A DNA stretch of 64,000 nucleotides from an uncultured Acidimicrobiales bacterium. GTDB lineage: Bacteria; Actinomycetota; Acidimicrobiia; Acidimicrobiales; JANYDT01. The notes beneath the pieces were generated by a model, which searched no databases, was not told the origin of the DNA, and was given only the letters and a program-made list of their open reading frames with translations. Position numbers and translations under genes: made by a program. How positions within the stretch are numbered: position 1 is the first letter of the stretch; each line of letters starts with the position of its first letter. Shown here piece after piece: positions 49,399-58,853 of the stretch. The stretch is taken from the NCBI GenBank assembly GCA_963763885.1, contig CAVXQD010000007.1, forward strand, positions 495,919-559,918. The letters are read 5' to 3'.

Positions 49399-52338
49399 AT
49401 GACGACCCCACCCCCGGAGGAGCCCCCCGAGGAACCCGCCGAGGAACCCGCCGAGCTGGCCGCAAGGCCAAAGTACCGGTTAGCGGCAGCAATGATCGCC
49501 GCCGGATTGGTCGCCACCGGGGTCGGTATGACCATCGACAAGTCTCGAAGCGGTCCCTCACCGGCAGCTACCTCCGCCTCTGGCACGCGTCCGCCAGCGC
49601 AGCAGACCGGCGATGCTCCAGTTGTCGTCCGGCGGGCGATGGCCGTTGCCATGTCAGCCGCACAAGACGCATCTCGGCCGGTTCCCCTCACGGCGCTCCG
49701 ACTTGGGGCGTCACCGCATCTTTCCGCTACCACCGACGGACGCCTGTTGATCTCCGACCCGAAGTCTCGGCGGGTCTACACGGTTGGATCCGACGATTCC
49801 GACGCCACCACCATCGCCGGCGACGGAACGGACGGAACAAGCCCAACGTCCGTCCTCCAGGAGCCCGGCCCGGTTGCTGTCGATTCGTTCGGCGGAATCA
49901 TCATCGCGGACCAACCTGTGTCGGACCGGCCCGGCCGCATCTTGCGCATCGACCCATCAGGTCAGTCGGCGCTGCTGGCCGAGATCACCACCAAGGTTGA
50001 TTATCTGTACACAGACGACATTGGTTCTGTGCTGGTCCAGCTGACACCGGACACTGCTGACGCCGACACCGCTGGCCGGCTCATCCGCATCGGCGCAGCG
50101 GGTGAAATCAGCGAAACAACGCTCCCTGCAGGCACCTCGCAGCTCATCGCGGTGGCTGGCGGAAAGTGGTTCGCGTTGACAACCGCCGACCCAACGCTCA
50201 TTGGCGTCTCGCTGTTCGGTTCCACGACAGACGGTCTGCCCGACCTTCGCCTCAGCGGGTTCGACACGGTGAGGGACGGGCCGCTCACCGTTGCACCCCT
50301 TGGTGGATCTCGCTTTGCATCCGTCGAGTGTCGGCTTGCCGGACCATGCCAGGTCCGAGTCCACGACCCCAGCGGCGCACCAGTCGCAACGATGACGACG
50401 GGCGACGGCCCGGCGTCGGCCATCGGAGCCAGCAGGGTGTCGTCGTTGGTTGGCAGGTCGGGCGGCTTCGATTTGGCAACTGCAGACGGCCAGATCCTCC
50501 GCATAGACAATCCGCTCAGCCTGGCCCAACCTCGGGTGCTGGTTGGTGTCGGCGAAGCGGTCTCCGAAGACGTGGTTCTGGACGGTCCTCCACCAGATGC
50601 CCACCTCAACCCCGCGGCACTCACTGTGGCACCGGACGGAACGGTCTTTTGGATCGACCTCTACCCGTCGGTGTCACTTGGCGCTCTCGGCAACGACGCC
50701 CGGATTCATCGATTGGTTCTGCCTGGGTCCATCACTCGCCCACAGCAGTTGGTCGCCTCCGAAGAGGGCCTCCTCGTCCTTGGCCAAGGGCTTGTTCATC
50801 TGCTTCCATACGACACGCTTCGCGTCGGTCAGATGCAGACACGTGAGCAAGCCGCTCGTAGCGAACAGCGGCCCGCTGGTGACCCCATCGTGGGATCCAT
50901 CGTTGCGTTGACCGGCTTGCCAGACGGCACCTGGACCTCGATCGACGCGAACGAAGCAAAACTCATCAACGGGTCCGATGCCATCGGCACAATTGCAGAG
51001 GACAACGACGGCTTCGTTGCCTATGTCGACGGGAAACGGCTGTTGGGTTTTGACCGTGTATCGGGCAAACGGACCGAGATTGCCACAACAGCAAACACCG
51101 CAGACGATGTGTCGGCCGCAACGTTTGGCCTCCCGGAAACCGAAATCGGCACCGTCGGCGGTATCGTGGCCGTCGGCCGCAGAACCTTTGTGGTTGCAGA
51201 TCCATCCAGCGACCGACTCACCCTTGTTGAACAAACCTCAAACAGCACATGGCGGGTGTCGCGGTTTTTAGGAATGCGGCCGGGCACCGTAACGGGCTCA
51301 CCGCTGTCTCAACGGACGGTCCGTCCGCGCCTGATCACCAAGGCCGCTGACGGCACGTTGTTCTTCACAACCGAAGGCGGCGCAATTAATCGTATGGGCA
51401 CAGATGGAACGGTTCGCCTCGTCGCTGGCGGTGCACCGGCGGTCAGCACACCATTTGGGCGAATTGGAGGTGTTGCGATCTCCGCCCCCGACGCCGCAGC
51501 CATCGACCAACGCCTCATCGTCGTCGCCGACACGGCGCGACATCGTGTCGTGAGAGTGAACCGGGACGGCACACAAACCATCCTCACCGGCACCGGCACG
51601 GCAGGCGCCGGGCCGGACGATCTGGACTCCCCCACTGCAGTAGCGATAAGCGCCGGTCTCACCGTTATCGCCGACTCCGCAAACCACCGGGTTGTGTCCA
51701 TCGATGTGTCCGGCCGCCGCCGCACCGTCGCTGGCACCGGGGTAGTCGGGGCGGGAGACGCGACCGGAGCTGCCGACCTTGTCGCTCTGAACAACCCAAC
51801 CGGCGTGGCGATCAATGCCGATGGGCGGATTGCCATCGCAGACACGGACAACAACCGGGTGCTACTGGTGGGCGCTGACGGACAGATTTCCTCGCTTGCC
51901 AGCGTGGATCATCCAACAGGGCTCGCCTTCCAGGGTGCAAACCATCTGGTCATCAGCGCGCCTACCGACGGACAGGTGTATCGGGTGCAATTGGATACCA
52001 AAGCACGTTCGGTTGTGGCAGGGGTCGGGGTCCGTGGCTACCAAGGCGACGGCGGTCCCGCAACGGCGGCCCGGCTACAAGACCCCAACGGAATCGCTCT
52101 CGGTCCAGACGGCGCCATCTACGTGTCTGACGCAGGCAACGGAGCGATCCGCAAGATCAGCGCTGACGGTCGTATCGACACGTTGGTTGGTGGCGACGGT
52201 TCATTCACCAGCCCAACGGGCGTCACCATCGACCCCCTGCTTGGCATGATTTTCGGCGAGGCGGACGGACGACTGTTTTCCGTCAACACCAAAGAATTGG
52301 ACGCAGCAGTACCCAACTGGTTCAAGACCGCTGGCTGA
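49399..52338 (+). CDS. membrane-anchored NHL-repeat (six-bladed beta-propeller type) protein
   Basis: N-terminal TM LAAAMIAAGLVATGVG. Repeated NHL-like units in the C-terminal half (PTAVAIS..VIADSANHRVVSI, PTGVAINADGRIAIADTDNNRVLLV, PNGIALGPDGAIYVSDAGNGAIRKI). Confidence 0.8.
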   Translation: MTTPPPEEPPEEPAEEPAELAARPKYRLAAAMIAAGLVATGVGMTIDKSRSGPSPAATSASGTRPPAQQTGDAPVVVRRAMAVAMSAAQDASRPVPLTALRLGASPHLSATTDGRLLISDPKSRRVYTVGSDDSDATTIAGDGTDGTSPTSVLQEPGPVAVDSFGGIIIADQPVSDRPGRILRIDPSGQSALLAEITTKVDYLYTDDIGSVLVQLTPDTADADTAGRLIRIGAAGEISETTLPAGTSQLIAVAGGKWFALTTADPTLIGVSLFGSTTDGLPDLRLSGFDTVRDGPLTVAPLGGSRFASVECRLAGPCQVRVHDPSGAPVATMTTGDGPASAIGASRVSSLVGRSGGFDLATADGQILRIDNPLSLAQPRVLVGVGEAVSEDVVLDGPPPDAHLNPAALTVAPDGTVFWIDLYPSVSLGALGNDARIHRLVLPGSITRPQQLVASEEGLLVLGQGLVHLLPYDTLRVGQMQTREQAARSEQRPAGDPIVGSIVALTGLPDGTWTSIDANEAKLINGSDAIGTIAEDNDGFVAYVDGKRLLGFDRVSGKRTEIATTANTADDVSAATFGLPETEIGTVGGIVAVGRRTFVVADPSSDRLTLVEQTSNSTWRVSRFLGMRPGTVTGSPLSQRTVRPRLITKAADGTLFFTTEGGAINRMGTDGTVRLVAGGAPAVSTPFGRIGGVAISAPDAAAIDQRLIVVADTARHRVVRVNRDGTQTILTGTGTAGAGPDDLDSPTAVAISAGLTVIADSANHRVVSIDVSGRRRTVAGTGVVGAGDATGAADLVALNNPTGVAINADGRIAIADTDNNRVLLVGADGQISSLASVDHPTGLAFQGANHLVISAPTDGQVYRVQLDTKARSVVAGVGVRGYQGDGGPATAARLQDPNGIALGPDGAIYVSDAGNGAIRKISADGRIDTLVGGDGSFTSPTGVTIDPLLGMIFGEADGRLFSVNTKELDAAVPNWFKTAG

Positions 52339-52365
52339 GTACAAAGACCCAACGAGTCGACAGAA

Positions 52366-52884
52366 TTAGTCGATTCGACGCAGCCCGCTCTTGTAGCGCT
52401 TGCCGTTTTCCACGTAACTCTGCACGGCCATCTGGTTGAAGCCGGCCTCGACGGTGTTCTCGCGGATCTTGGCTGGAACACCAAGCGCCATGGAGAACGA
52501 CGGAACCACCATGTTGTTGGGGATCACCGCATTAGACCCGACCAACGCGTTGCTCTCGATCACGGCGTTGTGCAACACCACAGAACCGTTGCCCACAAGC
52601 GAATCGGATCGGATGCTGCACCCTTCAAGGTGCACGATGTGGCCAACCACGCAGCGGTCTCCCACTTCAGTTGGTCGCGTCGGGATGCAGTGGATCACGG
52701 TGCAGTCCTGGATGGACGTCTCGGCGCCGATGGTGATGAGACCGGAATCGCCCCGCAAAACAGCACACGGCCAGATCGACGCGAAGGGTCCGATCTCGAC
52801 GTTGCCGATGACCACTGCGTCGGGATGAACAAATGCATCAGGGTGAATACGTGGGACGAGATCGCCGAGTGCGTAGAGAGCCAT
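52366..52884 (-). CDS. gamma-class carbonic anhydrase / hexapeptide-repeat family protein
   Basis: MALYALGDLVPRIHPDAFVHPDAVVIGNVEIG..., a left-handed beta-helix repeat pattern. Confidence 0.85.
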   Translation of the reverse strand: MALYALGDLVPRIHPDAFVHPDAVVIGNVEIGPFASIWPCAVLRGDSGLITIGAETSIQDCTVIHCIPTRPTEVGDRCVVGHIVHLEGCSIRSDSLVGNGSVVLHNAVIESNALVGSNAVIPNNMVVPSFSMALGVPAKIRENTVEAGFNQMAVQSYVENGKRYKSGLRRID

Positions 52885-52909
52885 CCATTCAACCTACCCT
52901 TGAGGGTCC

Positions 52910-55048
52910 ATGAGCGGACCAGTCGAGACCCACCAGAACGCGCCCGTGGCGCCACAAGCACGCCGGCTGCCAACCATCACGCAGCTGCATGGCATAGAGC
53001 GAACCGACGAGTACGGATGGCTCCGCGACCGTGAAGACCCAGCCGTCCTCACGCATCTCGCGGCAGAAAACGCCTACACCGCACAGATGCTGGCCCCCAC
53101 CGAAGCGCTCCAAGAGGCGATTTTTCAGGAAATCAAAGCCCGCATCCAAGAAACCGACATGTCACTGCCTACCCGTAAAGGCGGCTGGTCCTACCTCACA
53201 CGAACCATCGAAGGGGTGCAGTACCCAATCCATCTGCGTCGGCCGTCAGATCGCGAGGCCGACGAATCAGCGGATCAGGTACTGCTGGACGAAAACGAGC
53301 TGGCAACGGGCCACGACTTCTTCAGCTTGGGGACATTCGAACCCAGCCACGACCACAACCTGCTGGCCTGGGCAACGGACACCACCGGCGAAGAACTGTA
53401 CGAACTGCGCATCACCGATCTCCGATCCGACACGCTGTTACCAGACGTTCTGGAAGACACGGCTCCCGGCGTGGTGTGGTCAGCCGACAACAACGCTCTG
53501 CTGTATGTCACCCTCGACGACCTTATGCGCCCATACAAGTTGTGGCGCCACGTGCTTGGCACGGACCAGGCCCAAGACGAGTTGATCCACGAGGAGCCAG
53601 ACGAGCGCTTCTACCTCGGCATCGGACTGTCTTCAACCGATCAGTACGTCATTGTTTCGACCGGTAGCCAAGTCACAAGCGATGTGCATGTGATGTCCAC
53701 GGAAGCCGTCAACCAGCCAGGCTGTTCTGCAGCACTGCGCTTGGTTGAACCACGTGTTGACGGCGTGGAGTACTCGCTGGATCATCACTACGCAGTCGAC
53801 GGTTCGCAACGATTCTTCGCAGTCAGCAATCACGAACGTGAAGGCTTCCGGCTGTACAGCGTGCCCATGGAGTCACTTGGCCAGGCACATTGGACAGACC
53901 TTGGCCTGCAGCCAGACACCGACGACGAGTACCCAGTCAAGCTTGACGGGTTCGACCTGTTCCAGCGCGCCATGGTTGTGCACGAACGCGCTGATGCGCT
54001 GGAACGATTCCGCATCGTGGCGTTGGATGACGCCGGGTCCCGGAAGTCCGTCACCACGCTCTGGCAGCCAGAGCCCGTGCATACGGTGTGGCCGGGGGGT
54101 AACCCCGAGTTCAAATCAACCTCGTACCGGTTTGGCTACACCTCGCCCGTTACCCCGCCCACCATCTTCGAACAAGATTTGTTCAGTGACCGACGTGACG
54201 TCTTGAAGCAGCAACCCGTGCTTGGCGGGTTCTCTTCAGATTCATATGTGTGCCAACGGATGTGGGCACCCTCGTCTGACGGCGTCAGCGTCCCGGTGTC
54301 GGTTGTCCGACACAAAGACACTCCGCTTGACGGAACCGCTCCGCTTGCCTTGTACGGCTACGGCTCCTACGAGGTGTCAATCGACCCGACGTTCTCCACC
54401 ATGCGCTTGTCGCTCATGGACCGCGGCATGATTTTTGCCATCGCACACGTGCGTGGCGGCGGCGAGCAGGGCCGTCGCTGGTACTTGGATGGGAAGTTCC
54501 TCAAGAAGCGCAACACCTTCACTGACTTCATTGCCGTTGCGGACCACTTGGTTGCCGCTGGCGTTTGTGATGGAACTCGGATCGTGGCTCGTGGCGGAAG
54601 CGCCGGCGGCCTGCTGATGGGTGCGGTAGCCAACCTTGCACCAAGCCGGTGGCGCGCAATCGTTGCCGAGGTGCCTTTCGTCGACGTGGTCAACACCATG
54701 CTGGATGAGTCACTGCCACTCACACAGATCGAATGGGATGAGTGGGGCAACCCGGCCGACCCGGAATTCGGCGACTACATGTCCAGCTATTCGCCCTACG
54801 ACAACGTTGCTGCACAGCCGTACCCCACCATGTTTGTCACCGCCGGCCTCAACGACCCGCGGGTTGGTTACTGGGAGCCCGCAAAGTGGGTGCAGCGGGT
54901 CCGGGAACACAACACGTCGGGTAACCCCGTCATGTTGAAGACCGAACTAGGCGCCGGGCACCAAGGACCAACCGGCCGCTACGCCGTCTGGCGTGACGAA
55001 GCCCAAACCCTTGCCTTCACCCTGTGGGCGGTTGGCATCAACAAGTAG
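52910..55048 (+). CDS. ptrB: S9A prolyl oligopeptidase family, oligopeptidase B-like
   Basis: 712 aa: N-terminal propeller region, then a C-terminal hydrolase with GGSAGGLLMG (Ser), ...NDPRV... (Asp) and GAGHQG (His). Confidence 0.85.
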   Translation: MSGPVETHQNAPVAPQARRLPTITQLHGIERTDEYGWLRDREDPAVLTHLAAENAYTAQMLAPTEALQEAIFQEIKARIQETDMSLPTRKGGWSYLTRTIEGVQYPIHLRRPSDREADESADQVLLDENELATGHDFFSLGTFEPSHDHNLLAWATDTTGEELYELRITDLRSDTLLPDVLEDTAPGVVWSADNNALLYVTLDDLMRPYKLWRHVLGTDQAQDELIHEEPDERFYLGIGLSSTDQYVIVSTGSQVTSDVHVMSTEAVNQPGCSAALRLVEPRVDGVEYSLDHHYAVDGSQRFFAVSNHEREGFRLYSVPMESLGQAHWTDLGLQPDTDDEYPVKLDGFDLFQRAMVVHERADALERFRIVALDDAGSRKSVTTLWQPEPVHTVWPGGNPEFKSTSYRFGYTSPVTPPTIFEQDLFSDRRDVLKQQPVLGGFSSDSYVCQRMWAPSSDGVSVPVSVVRHKDTPLDGTAPLALYGYGSYEVSIDPTFSTMRLSLMDRGMIFAIAHVRGGGEQGRRWYLDGKFLKKRNTFTDFIAVADHLVAAGVCDGTRIVARGGSAGGLLMGAVANLAPSRWRAIVAEVPFVDVVNTMLDESLPLTQIEWDEWGNPADPEFGDYMSSYSPYDNVAAQPYPTMFVTAGLNDPRVGYWEPAKWVQRVREHNTSGNPVMLKTELGAGHQGPTGRYAVWRDEAQTLAFTLWAVGINK

Positions 55049-55092
55049 TCAAAGGCGCTTGGACGTGGCGCGTTGTGAGAATTGACGGGAGG

Positions 55093-55647
55093 TCAGAACT
55101 GAAAGCCGGGGTCGCGCTGGGCAAACGTCGGGAGGGATTCGTCCTTGTCGGACACAATCGGTTCTGCCACCTGCCACTCAACGCCAAACTGCGGATCGTT
55201 CCACGCGATGCCGCCGTCGTGAGGTGCACTAAATTCATCTGTGCACTTATAGACAAGGTCTGCGGACTCTGACAGCACCGAGAAGCCGTGTGCAAACCCG
55301 GCCGGAATCCAGAGCAAACAACCATTGTCTTCCGACAGTTCTGCGCCGTACCACTGGCCGAATGAGGGCGAGCCGTGGCGCAGGTCAACCGCTACATCGA
55401 GCACGGCTCCGCTGGTAACCGAAACCAACTTTCCTTGCGCACGTGGGTCCGTCTGGAAGTGCAGGCCGCGGATGACCCCACGACGCGAGCGCGATGTGTT
55501 GTCCTGCGGAAACACCGTTGGCAGACCCGCTGCGGCAAACTCCGAAGCCTTAAAGCCCTCGCGGAAGTATCCGCGTTCGTCAGGAAAGATGCGGCTCTCG
55601 ATGAGTACCACTCCGTGCAGCGGTGTCTCGTGGAACGTAAATGGCAT
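55093..55647 (-). CDS. rmlC: dTDP-4-dehydrorhamnose 3,5-epimerase
   Basis: Start at ATG 55647 (MPFTFHETPLHGVVLIE.RIF.DERGYF.E). RGLHFQ and WIPAGFAHGF are cupin motifs. Confidence 0.85.
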   Translation of the reverse strand: MPFTFHETPLHGVVLIESRIFPDERGYFREGFKASEFAAAGLPTVFPQDNTSRSRRGVIRGLHFQTDPRAQGKLVSVTSGAVLDVAVDLRHGSPSFGQWYGAELSEDNGCLLWIPAGFAHGFSVLSESADLVYKCTDEFSAPHDGGIAWNDPQFGVEWQVAEPIVSDKDESLPTFAQRDPGFQF

Positions 55648-55686
55648 GTCAGCGAACTTACCCGCCTTGGACCGCCGGCCGCCTCG

Positions 55687-55741
55687 CCGGTTCCAAGCCG
55701 GTTCCAAGCCGGTTCCAAGCCGGTTCCAAGCCGGTTCCAAG
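55687..55741. repeat. 11-bp tandem repeat x5 (ccggttccaag)
   Basis: Five perfect copies. The array lies 40-95 nt upstream of the rmlC start and 13 nt from the upstream gene's stop. Confidence 0.95.
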
Positions 55742-55753
55742 CAACAGCGACGG

Positions 55754-56275
55754 TTACAGCGTGAACCGACCGTACGCTCCGCGGTGGTAGCCAAGTGGTT
55801 CACCGTCGCGCCAGCCAAGTGCAAGCACCCGACCGACAACAATCCAATGGTCGCCACCCTCGTAGACGTGTTCGGTGCGGCAGTCGATCCAGCCCAGCGC
55901 ATCGTCCAACACGGGACTGCCGGAAACTTCCGTGTGCCACGCAAGCCCGGCAAACTTATCTGCTGACTTGGAGGACATCTGTTTGCTGACGTCTTCATGC
56001 TCGGCGGCAAGCACGTTGACCGCGTAGTGCCCCGCGTCGGAGATGCTGGCCCAGGTGCTGGAGGACTTTGCCGGACAGAACAACACCAGTGGTGGGTTCA
56101 TGGAGAGCGATGTGAAGGAACTTGCGGCCATGCCAACAGGAACACCGTTATGCGTGGCGGTGATGACCGTGACACCCGCAAGGAACTGGCCCATTACCTG
56201 CCGGTAGAGGGTTGAATCGACCTCCCCAGAATCGTCTGCAAAACCGGCGTTATAAAGATGAACGGGTGGGGTCAC
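55754..56275 (-). CDS. flavin reductase family protein
   Basis: ...LYRQVMGQFLAGVTVITA...GMAASSFTSLSMNPPLVLFC... is a typical Flavin_Reduct domain. Confidence 0.85.
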   Translation of the reverse strand: MTPPVHLYNAGFADDSGEVDSTLYRQVMGQFLAGVTVITATHNGVPVGMAASSFTSLSMNPPLVLFCPAKSSSTWASISDAGHYAVNVLAAEHEDVSKQMSSKSADKFAGLAWHTEVSGSPVLDDALGWIDCRTEHVYEGGDHWIVVGRVLALGWRDGEPLGYHRGAYGRFTL

Positions 56276-57144
56276 AGCGAAGATCGTAGAAGCCCGATTC
56301 GCCCATCTGGGCGACGCTCGAACTGGACCACCATGGATTCCACAGCAGCGAACACGTCGAGACCGCTTGCTGCCGCCAACGGCGCAAGCCGTTCCATCTC
56401 TTCATGCAGATGCGTGTCCGTGCGCGAAGGATCGTGGTGGAACAACGCCAGCGCGCCCACGTTGCATTCGGTAGCAACGTGCATGGCGTACTCGAAGGTG
56501 CTGTGGCCCCAGTGGGCTTTGGTTTCCCAATCGGTGGCGTTGTATTGAGCGTCGTGAATGAGCAGGTCAACATTGCTCACCAGTTCGCGCACCCGCGGAT
56601 CGATGGAAACAAGGTCCAGCGGAGCCTGGTGATCTGGAACGTACGCGACCGAGAAACCGTGCGCCTCGATCCGGTAGCCAACCGTGCTGCCCACATGGGG
56701 CACCGGTTTGACCGTGACCTTGGCCTGATCGACCGCAAACACGTGGTCGCTGACGTCGTGGCAGGCGTATTCGCCACGAAGTTGGTCCAGCCTGACCGGG
56801 AAGAACGGTGGGCGCATGAACTCGTGCAGCATGTCAGCCACGCCACGCCCTTCGTCTCGGGGGCCGTACATGGTGAACCTGGCACCAACCCGATCTGCGC
56901 AGGCAAGAAACGGCAGACCCTGCACATGGTCGAAGTGAAAATGGGTGATGAGCGCAGTGGCGGCGAAGGTACCGTCATGGGGTTGGGTTTCGCCCCAACA
57001 ACGCAAACCAGTTCCAAGATCACAAACGATGGGCTCGGAGTCCACCGGCTCGATGACGACGCACGACGTGTGCCCACCCACACCGGAAGTACAACGGGTC
57101 GAACACGGCGTTGAACCTCTGACGCCGAAGAACGTGACCTTCAA
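56272..57144 (-). CDS. MBL-fold metallo-hydrolase
   Basis: ITHFHFDHVQGLPF metal motif. KVTFFGVRGS N-terminus with TTG start at 57144; the ORF-track start at 57234 is also possible. Overlaps the downstream gene by 4 nt. Confidence 0.75.
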   Translation of the reverse strand: MKVTFFGVRGSTPCSTRCTSGVGGHTSCVVIEPVDSEPIVCDLGTGLRCWGETQPHDGTFAATALITHFHFDHVQGLPFLACADRVGARFTMYGPRDEGRGVADMLHEFMRPPFFPVRLDQLRGEYACHDVSDHVFAVDQAKVTVKPVPHVGSTVGYRIEAHGFSVAYVPDHQAPLDLVSIDPRVRELVSNVDLLIHDAQYNATDWETKAHWGHSTFEYAMHVATECNVGALALFHHDPSRTDTHLHEEMERLAPLAAASGLDVFAAVESMVVQFERRPDGRIGLLRSSL

Positions 57145-57339
57145 GGCGAGCCCCCTCAACCTGCTGTTTTCTGATTCGCTGCTGATGCACCGCTCTGCAA
57201 AGGCCCCACACAAAACGTGGGAACCAGGCTGCATGACAGTGCACTACCGATGCGATGTTCGGGAGCAAACGAAACATAACTGAACCGACACATAGATTTC
57301 ACCTGGATGTGACCTGAATCTCAGCGCTACGGTGCTCTG

Positions 57340-58806
57340 GTGAGTGAGAACGCCGTTAACGGATCAGTGCTTCCGATCAACGGAGTCGTTGCCATCGTGA
57401 AACGTGATTGCCCTACATGTGAATTGGTGGGACCGGTGTTGGTGGACTTGGGCAGTTCGGGTTCCGTTGATCAAATTCTCAGCCAGGACGATCCGACATT
57501 TCCCGACGGCGCCACGGTCGTCGACGATACGGATCTGCGCTACTCCTGGCAGCTCGGCATCGAAGCTGTTCCAACCGTTATCCGATTCGTCGAAGGCAAG
57601 GAGGTGGAGCGGATCATCGGGTGGAACACCGAACAATGGTCAGCGTTCTTCCCGACCGACCACATCGGTACTACGTACGCAGATCTTCCAAACTGGCGTC
57701 CCGGCTGCGGTTCGCGCACCGTTGAATTCGGCATGCCGGAGCGGCTCGCTGCGAAATACGACGGAGCGGTACTCGCCAGCCGCCGCATCGCCCTCGCCAA
57801 TGCTGATGACGAATGGGAGCAGATGTTCCGGCGCGGCTGGAGCGATGGTCTGCCCGTGGTTCCACCGACGCCTGAACGAGTGATGCGGATGCTGAGCGGC
57901 ACAACTCGCTCACCCCAAGACGTGGTGGCCGTCGTCCCGCCGGACCTGGTGGAGTGCACCGTCGAAAAGGTCGCAATAAATGCGGTCATGGCCGGTTGCC
58001 TGCCCGAGTACTTGCCCATCGTCATCGCCGCACTCGAGGCCGCATGCACACCAGAGTTCAACGCACACGGACTGTTGGCCACCACCTATTTCGCTGGCCC
58101 CGTGATCATTGTCAACGGGCCGCTTGCCGCTTCTGTCGGGATGAACTCCGGCGTGAACGCGCTGGGCCAAGGAAACCGCGCCAACTCCACCATCGGCCGT
58201 GCGCTGCAACTCGTCATTCGCAACGTGGGCGGTGGCCTACCAGGCGGGGTAGACCGAGCAACCCTCGGCAACCCTGGCAAGGTTGGGTTTGCGTTCGCAG
58301 AGTCCGAGGCCACCTCGCCGTGGACGTCACTCGCGACAGAACGCGGTGTGCCGGTGGGCCACAACGCGGTCACGTTGTTCGCGGGCGAAGGACCAAGGGC
58401 GATGGTGGACCAAAAGAGCCGCAACGCGGATTCTCTTGCGCGCAGCTTTGCGGCGTGTCTCCGCAGCGTTGGACACCCCAAATTGATCATTGGTTTCGAT
58501 GCGCTTGTGGTTGTCTCGCCGGAGCACGCCCGCACGTTCGTGGCGGAAGGCTGGGACAAGGCAAGGCTCCGTTCCGAGGTCCTCTCGCATCTGCAGATCA
58601 GCGGCGCAGAACTAGTCCGCGGGGCCGACGGTATCGCCGAGGGGATCCCCGACACGTTGGCGGCCAGCACACTTCCGAAGTTTCGCGACGACGGTTTGTG
58701 GTTCACCTACGCAGGCGGCGACGCCGGAATGTTCTCCGCTGTCATCGGCGGATGGGTGTCTGGAACCGAAGGATCGACCATGATCACCAAAGAGATCACG
58801 CTGTGA
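57340..58806 (+). CDS. hypothetical protein with N-terminal thioredoxin-like domain (CPTC) and a roughly 370-aa unknown C-terminal domain
   Basis: GTG start. VAIVKRDCPTCELVGPVL...EAVPTVIRFVEGKEVERIIG is thioredoxin-fold-like. I do not recognise the rest. Confidence 0.6.
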   Translation: MSENAVNGSVLPINGVVAIVKRDCPTCELVGPVLVDLGSSGSVDQILSQDDPTFPDGATVVDDTDLRYSWQLGIEAVPTVIRFVEGKEVERIIGWNTEQWSAFFPTDHIGTTYADLPNWRPGCGSRTVEFGMPERLAAKYDGAVLASRRIALANADDEWEQMFRRGWSDGLPVVPPTPERVMRMLSGTTRSPQDVVAVVPPDLVECTVEKVAINAVMAGCLPEYLPIVIAALEAACTPEFNAHGLLATTYFAGPVIIVNGPLAASVGMNSGVNALGQGNRANSTIGRALQLVIRNVGGGLPGGVDRATLGNPGKVGFAFAESEATSPWTSLATERGVPVGHNAVTLFAGEGPRAMVDQKSRNADSLARSFAACLRSVGHPKLIIGFDALVVVSPEHARTFVAEGWDKARLRSEVLSHLQISGAELVRGADGIAEGIPDTLAASTLPKFRDDGLWFTYAGGDAGMFSAVIGGWVSGTEGSTMITKEITL

Positions 58807-58853
58807 ATAAACACCCCGTGACTCAACACCCCGTGACCAGAGCAGGAGACCCC

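Noticed and set aside
48549-49733. Treating 48549..49733 and 46691..48592 as two independent genes
   Set aside because: Together they form one SufB with a standard intein. The part upstream of ATG 49250 has no SufB similarity, and AGGAG precedes 49250.
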